A stretch of 64,000 nucleotides of DNA, taken from IMG/VR virus record IMGVR_UViG_3300020473_000011, positions 186,001 through 250,000 of that record; one strand, written 5' to 3'. This document shows, piece after piece, positions 16,992 to 25,542 of the stretch (position 1 is the first letter of the stretch; every line of letters begins with the position of its first letter). The notes below the pieces were generated by a model. It saw only the letters and a program-made list of their open reading frames with translations, did no database searches and had not been told where the DNA came from. The translations under genes were made by a program, and so were the position numbers.

Positions 16992-17342
16992 ATGCTAGAC
17001 GCACTCTATTACTGGACGGGGGTTGTCGTCGTATATGCTTTAATCGGCGCTGTACTGCTTATCCCCCTGACGTTGTTGTACATCCATCTTTCTATTGGAT
17101 TCACGTATGTTTACCACATTACGAAAGCACAAACGCTCCACCCCTCGGAGCCAATCGTCGCCGATGAGTTTAAGGGTAAGCGCTTTTGGCGACTGCGGTT
17201 ATATTTTCATGTGATGTTCTCGCCTAAAATCTCATTTGGTCTGCTTGGGACAAAGCGAAGTTGCCAGTGGTACAGCATCGACTGCATGGGCTGGGTACCA
17301 CGTGGACGAGCTTACAAGAGTAATCCTTACTTTACATCCTGA
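16992..17342 (+). CDS. Hypothetical membrane protein (116 aa)
   Basis: ATG 16992 with GGAGA RBS; long hydrophobic N-terminal segment. Confidence 0.65.
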   Translation: MLDALYYWTGVVVVYALIGAVLLIPLTLLYIHLSIGFTYVYHITKAQTLHPSEPIVADEFKGKRFWRLRLYFHVMFSPKISFGLLGTKRSCQWYSIDCMGWVPRGRAYKSNPYFTS

Positions 17343-17347
17343 CAAAG

Positions 17348-17373
17348 AAAAGGGAAGCTCTGCTTCCCTTTTT
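17348..17373. terminator. Bidirectional terminator
   Basis: AAAAGGGAAGC-TCT-GCTTCCCTTTTT between convergent genes. Confidence 0.8.
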
Positions 17374-17379
17374 CATTCT

Positions 17380-18075
17380 TTAGCCTTCACCGTAGAAAAG
17401 GTTTGTAACATCATCGGCGTATAGCATTCGGTATGGGATGAACGTCGCTGTTACGTTGGCATATAAAGGGTTTCCTTGTGGTGTGACCTCTTTACTGAAC
17501 TCGGCCACGACGTCTTCAATAAGTAAGCCGTCTGCGCGGAACCAGCGCCCAATTTTGAGAGTAGCCGTGTTCTCAGCTGTATCGTCTTCACCCGCCTTCG
17601 CAATGTAACCCATCGGTGCTCGCATACCTACGCCGACGCCAAAACCCTCGCCAGCATTCCCTAGTGGGTACACGCAGCGTAGCAGCTTACTAACATCACG
17701 TCGAACGTCAATATCGTCTTTATAGGCGACCAACACAAAGTTTATAGGGAACTGTGCAGGTTCGCTCGACGTCCAGCGCCTCACCGTTGAAGCTCGCGAC
17801 GTCGTTGATACCTGACCAACGTTAGTAAGACCCACTGAGTTACCTGCCATGCCTAGTGTGTTCGCAACGCCATCAAGCATGCTGTTCTCACCAATTGCCT
17901 TACCTTCCCAAGAGGCTGATCCTTGAATAGAGAAGTTCTCTATTGTAAAGCCCGTGATGGTTCCTGTTTGACCAGCGGGCAGGGCTGTTTGAGGTATTAC
18001 GATAGAGACCTTTGCGTGTTCAAACTGACCTGACGCTAGTGCCTCTATATCCATTACTGCATTTTCTGTAGCCAT
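17380..18075 (-). CDS. Tail tube initiator / baseplate-tube junction protein (gp48-like)
   Basis: 231 aa directly after the tape measure; FPINFVLVAY and L.IG.WF...LIEDV...FS...G.P..A.VT.TF tube-fold pattern. Confidence 0.6.
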   Translation of the reverse strand: MATENAVMDIEALASGQFEHAKVSIVIPQTALPAGQTGTITGFTIENFSIQGSASWEGKAIGENSMLDGVANTLGMAGNSVGLTNVGQVSTTSRASTVRRWTSSEPAQFPINFVLVAYKDDIDVRRDVSKLLRCVYPLGNAGEGFGVGVGMRAPMGYIAKAGEDDTAENTATLKIGRWFRADGLLIEDVVAEFSKEVTPQGNPLYANVTATFIPYRMLYADDVTNLFYGEG

Positions 18076-18083
18076 AGGTATTC

Positions 18084-21000
18084 CTAATCAAAAAGAATTG
18101 AGTTCATGATTGCAATACCCGTGTCGTCCACATTGAACGAACCAGCATGCCCCGAACTAGATGGACGTGGCGAACTTACTGTTGTGCGGCGCTGGGCTTT
18201 TGGCCTTGACGCCGACACCACATTCGGGTTATTACGATCAGGTCGCTTACCTTGTCCACCTGTAGCTGCACCCGATAGCTGTGCTTGTACAGTTGGCGAC
18301 ATAAGCGTGTCATTCATCAATTTCTCATCGCGCAGTGTTGGTGGCATTTCAACGTGGGCATTAAGCTGGCCACCTGCCGTAGCAACTGTGGCTGCTCCTG
18401 CAAGTGTCCCGCCCATTGCGGTATTACCTTGGCTAAGCAGTGAGCCTATCGCACCTGTACTAAACGCACGGCTTGAAACATTGCTCTTGGACGATGTTGA
18501 CCCACCGATGTTAGTAAGGTTGCTATAACTCGCAAGGTTAGACACCTTCGACACACTTGACCCATCATTACTCAAGCCAAACGTTTTATTTATCACATTC
18601 CGTGCGTTTTGAAGATGTGCATCTAGTTGACTATCACCTGTACTTCTATTCGACAAGTCAGGCGCTCGCCCAACGATAGTTGCTGCCGAAGACAAGCCGC
18701 CTTTTGCAGTGTAACCATCACCCATAAATAGCTGGTCGGCACTACCGCCTTCGGCTAACGATGGGTTAAAGAACGTGCCATCTTTTGATGCGATACTTGA
18801 TGAGCTTGGTTTGCTCTCTGAGCCGAACATGCTCGACCACGCATTATATGCCAGACCCATTGGCGTATAAGACGCTGCCGTACCAATCGCACCACCTACA
18901 CGGCTTAGCAGTGAAGGGGAGTCAGCTGTCTTACCATGTAGGTTAATAGACCCTGTGTTGCCATCGCTAACAAGACTGCTAACGCCTTTGTAAGCTAAGC
19001 CCATCGGCGTGTAAGACACCGCTGTGCTTGCCGCATCTTTTAAGCGGTCAAACATGGATGGTGACTCGCTGACTTTGCCTGACGGTGTTGCAGCTGCTCC
19101 CGTATTACCGTCGCTTACTAGGCTGCTAACGCCTTTGTAAGCTAAGCCCATCGGTGTGTAAGACACAGCGGTGCTTGCCGCGTCTTTTAAGCGGTCGAAC
19201 ATTGATGATGGTTCGCTTGCTTTGCCTGACGGTGTTGCAGCCGCTCCCGTGCTGCCGTCGCTTACAAGGCTACTAACGCCTTTGTAAGCTAAGCCCATCG
19301 GTGTGTACGACACAGCGGTGCTTGCCGCATCTTTTAAGCGGTCAAACATTGATGGCGTCTTTTCTTCCTTGGCACTTAAAGGCACTGACCCCGACGCATC
19401 GCTACTGAATAGACTAGAAGCGCCTGTCGCTGCCATACCAATAGGTGTATACGACATAGCAGTACTTGCTGCGTCAGACATTCTGCTAAGTAATGACGGC
19501 TTTTCATCGTCATCGCTAGCACTCCCTAAGCCCAATAGACTTGAGACTCCTGATGCGGCTAACCCCAAGGGTGTATACGACGCTGCGGTTGATGCGATAC
19601 TCGATGCTTTGCTTAATAATGAACTAGACTCATTGTTTGAGCTTTTGCCAACGCTCGTCGCCAAGCTTTTCGCAGCTTGGCTCGCAATCGCACTAGATGA
19701 ACCTGTTTGTTTATTAACACGGTCTCGTGGCTTAAATAGGTCAAGTTCCTTACTATCGTCTTTCGCAAGACTAAGACCTGTCATTGCCGCAGTACCCGCC
19801 AGTGCACCTGATGTTGCTAAGCTTGGCAAGGCATCGTCTACTAACTCGTCAGCATTTGGCGCTAGTGCATCACTGCTAGTGCCTGCAATCTTGGCAGCGG
19901 CACTCTTAGCCTCTTCCTCATCGTCGTCGCCACCCCATAGACCAAAGGTCATACGGTTCATGAGCGAATTACCGACATCACCAAGCATACTGCCCGCCGA
20001 GTGTATTCCGCGAGAGACTGAGCCTTCATCTAACAAACCAAAAGAAAGCCCAGATACGATGCCACCTAATGCCGACGACATTTTCTGACCTGTTGTGGCC
20101 TCTTGACCTTCTTCTAATCCGAAGTTGCTGCCCGCATTGTTCCATCCATTGAAACCATCGTAAGCCGCCATCAGTGGGGCTAGTAATGGAACCTTACCAA
20201 GCACGCCTTTCGCTAGACTACCAGCGCCTTTTAGTAAACCACTCGCGCCACCTGCGACACTAGCAATGCCACCACCTACACCACCTAATAAGCCGCCAGC
20301 ACCTCCCAGTAGCCCAGCGCCTTTAGACGCAATATTACCTAGGAAGCCTTTACCTTTCGAAAGGGCACCGCCTACGCCGCCAGCACCTCCCAGTAACCCA
20401 GCGCCTTTAGACGCGATATTACCTAGGAAACCTTTCCCTTTCGAAAAGGCACCGCTAACAGCACCGCCTATTCGAGATCCTAGGCCACCTTTACGTCGGC
20501 CAGACCCTCGGCTACGGTCTCTATCTGACCCACCAAAGTCAAGGAAGTCACCCGCCATGTCAAGCAGACCACCGCCTTCACCGCCTGTCGCTAGGTTAAC
20601 CATGCCTGTAGCTGCACCACTAATCGCAGCCTTCGCTGTCGAAGCCATATTACCAAGGGCACTGCGTACGCGACCCCCACGTGTACCTCCACGGCGTCCA
20701 CGGCGACCGCTTTCTATGTCTTGATTGCCTACACGGTCACGTCGTCTGTTCTTTCGACCACCTAGGAAGTCATCAAACAGGTCACCCGCACCAAGTAGGT
20801 CACCGATACCACCGCCGCCACCGAGCAAGCCTCCAAGAAGGCTTTCATCGGGGAGTGCGCCCTCTACACGCTTCAAAGTCTTACGCATATCTTTGATCAG
20901 AATCATTTCCTGATCGATGACATCCATTTCCTCTTTGTTGAGCTTCAAGGTTGAGCCAACTAGCGCCTCGCCATCTTTACCAGCTAAAGGGTTTGTAGCC

Positions 21001-22988
21001 ACCTGCATCATAGGTGATAGCGTTTCAGCTTTCTTTGAGACGGCTGAGTTTCCATCACGCTTTGCTTGGCGCTGCTGTTTCTTACTTTGCTGTGGCGTAG
21101 GGTGTGCCATCAAGTCGTTTTTACGGTCTGTCTTACCGACTGCAATTGATGCCGTCGTTGAGCTTAGCTGACCTTTTACCTTACGCTGACTACCGATGCT
21201 CGTTCTACGCGTTTCTGCGGGGGCAGGTAATGCTAGTACGGGCGAAGTATTTCTACGAGACGTACGTGGCTGATCAGGCAGCGCCAGAGTACTTCCTGTA
21301 TTGTTGTAGTTAGCAATACTTTTAGAACCCGACACCGAACGACGGTTATCAGTGTTCGTGATATTCGTTACGTTGCTGTTGTTCGTTACGCTTTTCGCAG
21401 CGTTTGCAGCATCCTGTGCCGACTTTGCAGAATTGACTGCTATGGTCTCTAGAGCGTCTAGCGTCTTTTCTTGCGTACGGTCTTTCGGCGCAAACAAGTC
21501 TAATTCTGTTGTTTTCGATTGCCCTGCATTCAAGCCATCAATATGCGCTGTGGAAGTTACCTTACTTCCTGCACTTGGCAATCGTGGGACTTCGGTCTCG
21601 ACATCAGCGCTGTTTTGCTTGAAAGCGCCTAGAAGTCGGTCTTTTAATGGTGCGCGCTTTGGAGCAGGTAAGGCCAGTACTTCCTGTTTCTCTTCTTTCT
21701 GCTCAGCATGGCGCTGCTTTTTATCTTCAAGGTACTTGTCGACCTCTTCGGCTGCACCTTCAAAGCCAATTGACCCTAGTGCGGCAGAAACCACCTCACT
21801 GCGGATATGAGAAAATGCGCGTGAACCAAAATCGCGAAGCATCCCCTTTTCTTTTTCGTTAGGCTCATCCTCGAAGTCGGCATCAGGGCGCTGATCCCCC
21901 TTGCCATCTTTAGACGACGCCTTATTCGACGTGCCTAGCCGTGCGGCTTCTTCCTGCTTTTCTGCACGGCGCTCACCGCGCTCTTCTATAAAACTTGAGA
22001 CCTCTGCGGCAGCACCTTCAAATCCGACGGTACCTAGGACAGCACCTAGCGCTTCTTCACGAAGACCAGCAATGTCGCCTGTCATGATCTTAGTTAGGAA
22101 GCTTGTACCACCTTTTTCTGGGTCGTCTTTACCGAACTGCCCCTTAGAGTTCCGTTTTTGTTTAGAATTTGCCTTCTTCTCTTCGTTTTCCTTAGCTTTC
22201 TTTTCGCGGTCTTCTTTTGACTTTTCTTTTTCAGCCTCACGCAGATCAAAGTCACGCTGCTTGTTCTGCTCATCGTGTACTAAACGGTTATGTGTTAGCT
22301 GGTCTTGATTGACTGATAGAACCTCGTGAACACCTCGGCTTAGCGTACCATTCTCTGAGGCTGAACTGCGTAAAAGCTCTACGATGTTACCTAGCTGTTT
22401 TGTCTGGTGAACATTGATACGGGCTTCTTGCTCGGCGAGCTTACGAATAACCGCCATATCATCAGCATCGGCGGCCGTATGGTCACCCAGTGATGCAAGT
22501 TGCTTTAACAGGACTGCTTGTTGCTTTGTGCTGGTGGCATTTTCAATAGCTTGAAGATAACCGTCAGTTAAGTCACCAACCGTGATCGGTTTAGCTGCCT
22601 GTATGTCGGACAGCTGGCCAGCTAGTGTATTTAAGGCATTAGCGCTATCAGCCATTTCCTCTTTTGTTAGTGAGAGGCCATCGGCTAGCTTAGTAAGAGC
22701 AGGTGTTTGATTAAAAGCATTATCAGCAACGTCACCAACATCGTTACGTGCAAACGACATTGCGCGCAACTGTGCAACTAACTCGGCTAAGTCATCTGCA
22801 ATGCTATCACTTGCCATATTAGTCGTATTATTGGTAGCCGCTGTAGGTTGAGCCAAAGCAGCCAGCTGAGCTTCTAGGGTAGACGCCAGCGTGTCTGAAC
22901 TTGGAAGAGTTGATGACGGCTCTAGGTGGTCTCTGACCTTACCGTAGTCAGATAAGCGGTCAGCTGTTTTAGTAAAGCCAAGTGGCAT
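18084..22988 (-). CDS. Tape measure protein
   Basis: 1634 aa, Ala/Gly/Ser-rich with coiled-coil stretches; follows tube and chaperone genes; KVPLLAPLMAAYD...GGIVSGLSFGLLD segment. Confidence 0.8.
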   Translation of the reverse strand: MPLGFTKTADRLSDYGKVRDHLEPSSTLPSSDTLASTLEAQLAALAQPTAATNNTTNMASDSIADDLAELVAQLRAMSFARNDVGDVADNAFNQTPALTKLADGLSLTKEEMADSANALNTLAGQLSDIQAAKPITVGDLTDGYLQAIENATSTKQQAVLLKQLASLGDHTAADADDMAVIRKLAEQEARINVHQTKQLGNIVELLRSSASENGTLSRGVHEVLSVNQDQLTHNRLVHDEQNKQRDFDLREAEKEKSKEDREKKAKENEEKKANSKQKRNSKGQFGKDDPEKGGTSFLTKIMTGDIAGLREEALGAVLGTVGFEGAAAEVSSFIEERGERRAEKQEEAARLGTSNKASSKDGKGDQRPDADFEDEPNEKEKGMLRDFGSRAFSHIRSEVVSAALGSIGFEGAAEEVDKYLEDKKQRHAEQKEEKQEVLALPAPKRAPLKDRLLGAFKQNSADVETEVPRLPSAGSKVTSTAHIDGLNAGQSKTTELDLFAPKDRTQEKTLDALETIAVNSAKSAQDAANAAKSVTNNSNVTNITNTDNRRSVSGSKSIANYNNTGSTLALPDQPRTSRRNTSPVLALPAPAETRRTSIGSQRKVKGQLSSTTASIAVGKTDRKNDLMAHPTPQQSKKQQRQAKRDGNSAVSKKAETLSPMMQVATNPLAGKDGEALVGSTLKLNKEEMDVIDQEMILIKDMRKTLKRVEGALPDESLLGGLLGGGGGIGDLLGAGDLFDDFLGGRKNRRRDRVGNQDIESGRRGRRGGTRGGRVRSALGNMASTAKAAISGAATGMVNLATGGEGGGLLDMAGDFLDFGGSDRDRSRGSGRRKGGLGSRIGGAVSGAFSKGKGFLGNIASKGAGLLGGAGGVGGALSKGKGFLGNIASKGAGLLGGAGGLLGGVGGGIASVAGGASGLLKGAGSLAKGVLGKVPLLAPLMAAYDGFNGWNNAGSNFGLEEGQEATTGQKMSSALGGIVSGLSFGLLDEGSVSRGIHSAGSMLGDVGNSLMNRMTFGLWGGDDDEEEAKSAAAKIAGTSSDALAPNADELVDDALPSLATSGALAGTAAMTGLSLAKDDSKELDLFKPRDRVNKQTGSSSAIASQAAKSLATSVGKSSNNESSSLLSKASSIASTAASYTPLGLAASGVSSLLGLGSASDDDEKPSLLSRMSDAASTAMSYTPIGMAATGASSLFSSDASGSVPLSAKEEKTPSMFDRLKDAASTAVSYTPMGLAYKGVSSLVSDGSTGAAATPSGKASEPSSMFDRLKDAASTAVSYTPMGLAYKGVSSLVSDGNTGAAATPSGKVSESPSMFDRLKDAASTAVSYTPMGLAYKGVSSLVSDGNTGSINLHGKTADSPSLLSRVGGAIGTAASYTPMGLAYNAWSSMFGSESKPSSSSIASKDGTFFNPSLAEGGSADQLFMGDGYTAKGGLSSAATIVGRAPDLSNRSTGDSQLDAHLQNARNVINKTFGLSNDGSSVSKVSNLASYSNLTNIGGSTSSKSNVSSRAFSTGAIGSLLSQGNTAMGGTLAGAATVATAGGQLNAHVEMPPTLRDEKLMNDTLMSPTVQAQLSGAATGGQGKRPDRNNPNVVSASRPKAQRRTTVSSPRPSSSGHAGSFNVDDTGIAIMNSILFD
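18952..19352 (-). repeat. 147-bp (49-aa) tandem repeat inside the tape measure gene
   Basis: SMFDRLKDAASTAVSYTPMGLAYKGVSSLVSDG three times; three more degenerate SYTPxG units flank it. Confidence 0.9.
20292..20445 (-). repeat. 84-bp-period duplication inside the tape measure gene
   Basis: SKGKGFLGNIASKGAGLLGGAGG twice. Confidence 0.85.
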
Positions 22989-23027
22989 AGTCTATTCCTC
23001 GTTTTAAAGAAAAATAGATCCGAGCCG

Positions 23028-23201
23028 TTATTGACCCGAATCTAAATATTTCGCCAAGCGTTGCTGCAAGAGAATAGCTGTACCGTAATCAAAGCCAGCT
23101 AACTCGGCTGGCGACATGACTCCCTTAATCGCCAAACCGAACTCGACTTCCAGTAGCTGACTCAGATTTGCGAAAGGGTGTAATAAGGCTGGCCTCGTCA
23201 T
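23028..23201 (-). CDS. Small tail-assembly ORF (gp51 / GT-like, 57 aa) overlapping the chaperone; possibly reached by frameshift
   Basis: Hand translation (MTRPALLHP)FANLSQLLEVEFGLAIKGVMSPAELAGFDYGTAILLQQRLAKYLDSGQ; lies between chaperone and tape measure. Confidence 0.6.
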   Translation of the reverse strand: MTRPALLHPFANLSQLLEVEFGLAIKGVMSPAELAGFDYGTAILLQQRLAKYLDSGQ

Positions 23202-23898
23202 CCAGCGCAGCTAAAAATTGTGTCTCACACGCCTTACAAGTCGCCTTGGCAGGCTTCAAGTCGTGGAATAATAATTTGTCGATTTCACCCAGTAGGGCAG
23301 CATCATCACCAAGTGCGTCGTAGAACAATTCACGTGCTGCTTTAAAATCAAGAGACGATGTCATTGCTGCAATAGCGACTTCATCTTCTGCGATACCTAA
23401 GCGTGCAAGCTCCTTGTACTGACCAACTGTCAGAGGCATAAATTTCACGTCTTGATGACCACAAATATCCACAACAACAGGAAGCTTCGGAGCTGGCATA
23501 TCATCGAAGACCAAGCCTTCCCAACTGAATTGGTGCTTAACTGGCGCGCCACAGTTAGGGCAACCTACTGACAGCGTGAACTCAATCGCGTTCATAGTCG
23601 TTAGGCGGCGTAGTAGTGAGATATACACAAAGTCAAAGAAGGTAAGATCCTCTTTTGACATGCCCGTGATTTCCACACCGCTAAGGATCTGGTCGATGCG
23701 CTTAGCCATCGTCATCTTGCCTTGCGACTGTGAAAAACTTTTCACTTCACCGAATGTGTATGGCTTGTAATGGATTTCAACGCCATCAGGGTACGCCTTA
23801 CCCATCGACGGTAGCGTCGTTAACTTAACAGACGTCGAAGGTAAGTTTTTGTTTTCCGTTGACGCAGTATCGTGCGTCGAAGTGTTGTCAATAGACAT
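23125..23898 (-). CDS. Tail/baseplate assembly chaperone (T4 gp26-like) with two CxxC motifs
   Basis: LPSMGKAY, LTFFDFVYISLLRR, CPNCG, CKACE; located between tube and tape measure. Confidence 0.7.
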   Translation of the reverse strand: MSIDNTSTHDTASTENKNLPSTSVKLTTLPSMGKAYPDGVEIHYKPYTFGEVKSFSQSQGKMTMAKRIDQILSGVEITGMSKEDLTFFDFVYISLLRRLTTMNAIEFTLSVGCPNCGAPVKHQFSWEGLVFDDMPAPKLPVVVDICGHQDVKFMPLTVGQYKELARLGIAEDEVAIAAMTSSLDFKAARELFYDALGDDAALLGEIDKLLFHDLKPAKATCKACETQFLAALDDEASLITPFRKSESATGSRVRFGD

Positions 23899-23930
23899 AG
23901 GACTCACTCTCAGTTAGTTATAGCTTTGGA

Positions 23931-24215
23931 TTACTCATCACCATCAATAGCATCAACAGGCTTTACAGCCTCTTCGCGCTTACGAGGGATTGTTTTTAAA
24001 ACGTGCTCAGTTGTTTCGAAGATACCTAATGTTTGGAAGCCTAGGCTCTTCATTCGCTTTTCTTGCTGCTCTGCTGAGGTTTTAGAACGAACCCATGCAG
24101 GCTGTACTTTCGCAGAAGGGATGCGGTTACGGTAAAGTAGTACAAAGTTTGAATTTTCTGCGTCTGTACCGAAGCTACCGTGCTTAGTATTCACTGTAAA
24201 ACGTTGTTGTGCCAT
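23931..24215 (-). CDS. Hypothetical protein (94 aa)
   Basis: ATG 24215 with GGAGA RBS. Confidence 0.65.
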   Translation of the reverse strand: MAQQRFTVNTKHGSFGTDAENSNFVLLYRNRIPSAKVQPAWVRSKTSAEQQEKRMKSLGFQTLGIFETTEHVLKTIPRKREEAVKPVDAIDGDE

Positions 24216-24350
24216 TTCAATAATCTCCAAAGCAACTCACTGGTGCCAGCCCGAATGGCCGACAGTCTCTATTACATAAATTGTACAATTAAGTGCCCGT
24301 CAGCGTAAATCTTAATCTCATTTAATTGTACAACGATTTTTCGTTAACTC

Positions 24351-24869
24351 TTAATGGCCTTTACTGAATTGAATCCCAAGTACTTTGAATGACATGCTGT
24401 ATTCGTGGCTACCTGCCTCGCTGTGCCCCTCAAAGTCCAGATTCCCCTCTGGTATAACCCAATAAATTGTATCGGACAGTAGCTCGTGCTGTGCATTGAA
24501 CTTACGTATTTGCAAAAGTCGTCGTGCTGATTGTGCTGTCGATATGCAACGGCCGCCATTCAGTATGCCGTTGTTAATCCAGTCTGTTAGCCAGTACGTA
24601 ATAGAATGCTCAATGTCGTCGTAAAACGATAAATCAATTGTGAACTCGCTGCTATTCAACGGCACTGAGTATGATGACAAAAAGCCTTCAAACTCGTGGT
24701 TGTTGATGGTTGCTAAGTTCTCCACTACTGACGTTGCGGGGAACCAGTTCGTAAACTGGCCAATCGGGTTCTTATTGCTGTCCATTAGGCGCGCGTCCCA
24801 CAAATGGTCTTGCGCGAAATCGACGCTACGCATTTGCTCGATGGTTAGTACATCTGTTAGCTGTGCCAT
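24351..24869 (-). CDS. Tail tube-like protein 2 (gp54 / gp19-type fold)
   Basis: 172 aa next to the tube gene; HLWD..., FTIDLSFYDD...WL.DW pattern similar to the tube protein. Confidence 0.7.
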   Translation of the reverse strand: MAQLTDVLTIEQMRSVDFAQDHLWDARLMDSNKNPIGQFTNWFPATSVVENLATINNHEFEGFLSSYSVPLNSSEFTIDLSFYDDIEHSITYWLTDWINNGILNGGRCISTAQSARRLLQIRKFNAQHELLSDTIYWVIPEGNLDFEGHSEAGSHEYSMSFKVLGIQFSKGH

Positions 24870-24958
24870 GAAACATGCCCATTAAAAGTTAAACTCTACT
24901 ACCCAAAAAGGGGCGTACCTCTCGGCACTCCCCTGTAGATTTGATTGCTCAGACGGGA

Positions 24959-25489
24959 TTAACCGCCTGCGCCTGCACCCATGGTGAAGTAGTCGTAACT
25001 AAGCGTCATTACTGGGCGCATGATGTCTGACGTGTCACCGCCAAGTTCACCACCCCAGTCGATACCCTCTAGGTACGCACCGATAACCTTGTAGTGCCAG
25101 ATTACTTCGTCTTGTTGGTTAAGGCGCTGTAGTAAGAAGTCCGTTTGGTACTCCGAACGTTTAACCTGACGACCTACACCTGACTCCCAGATAGCTTCAC
25201 GCCAGTTGTGCAACATAGTGTGAACTACGTTATCAACCGTTTCGGCCATGGTTAGTGTGATTGTGTGCTCGTCGTCACTGATACCAGCTTGCTTGATGTG
25301 GTGACCACGAATTTGAATGTCGATACTTTGTACTGCCGACGTTGGTAGTGCACTCGACAAACAGCGTACGTTGATGTCTTCTGACGACGGGAACTCTACA
25401 CCCGACGGCGCAGCGAACTGTACGTCCCACTTGTACAAGACTGCAAAGTCATCTAACTTACGGATGTCTTCAATATTTAGACCTGCCAT
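24959..25489 (-). CDS. Tail tube protein
   Basis: 176 aa directly after the sheath; YKWDVQF, RG.HIKQAG, ITLTMAET..., LEGIDWG, TLSYDYF. Confidence 0.85.
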   Translation of the reverse strand: MAGLNIEDIRKLDDFAVLYKWDVQFAAPSGVEFPSSEDINVRCLSSALPTSAVQSIDIQIRGHHIKQAGISDDEHTITLTMAETVDNVVHTMLHNWREAIWESGVGRQVKRSEYQTDFLLQRLNQQDEVIWHYKVIGAYLEGIDWGGELGGDTSDIMRPVMTLSYDYFTMGAGAGG

Positions 25490-25542
25490 TTCAGGATTCT
25501 CCTATCAAAAATTAAGTACGAGAACTACTTAAAGGGGAGCGC

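Noticed and set aside
18106-22308. Pro/Ser-rich plus-strand ORFs (up to 261 aa) opposite the tape measure
   Set aside because: Antisense reading of Gly/Ala-rich codons; no RBS or family motifs
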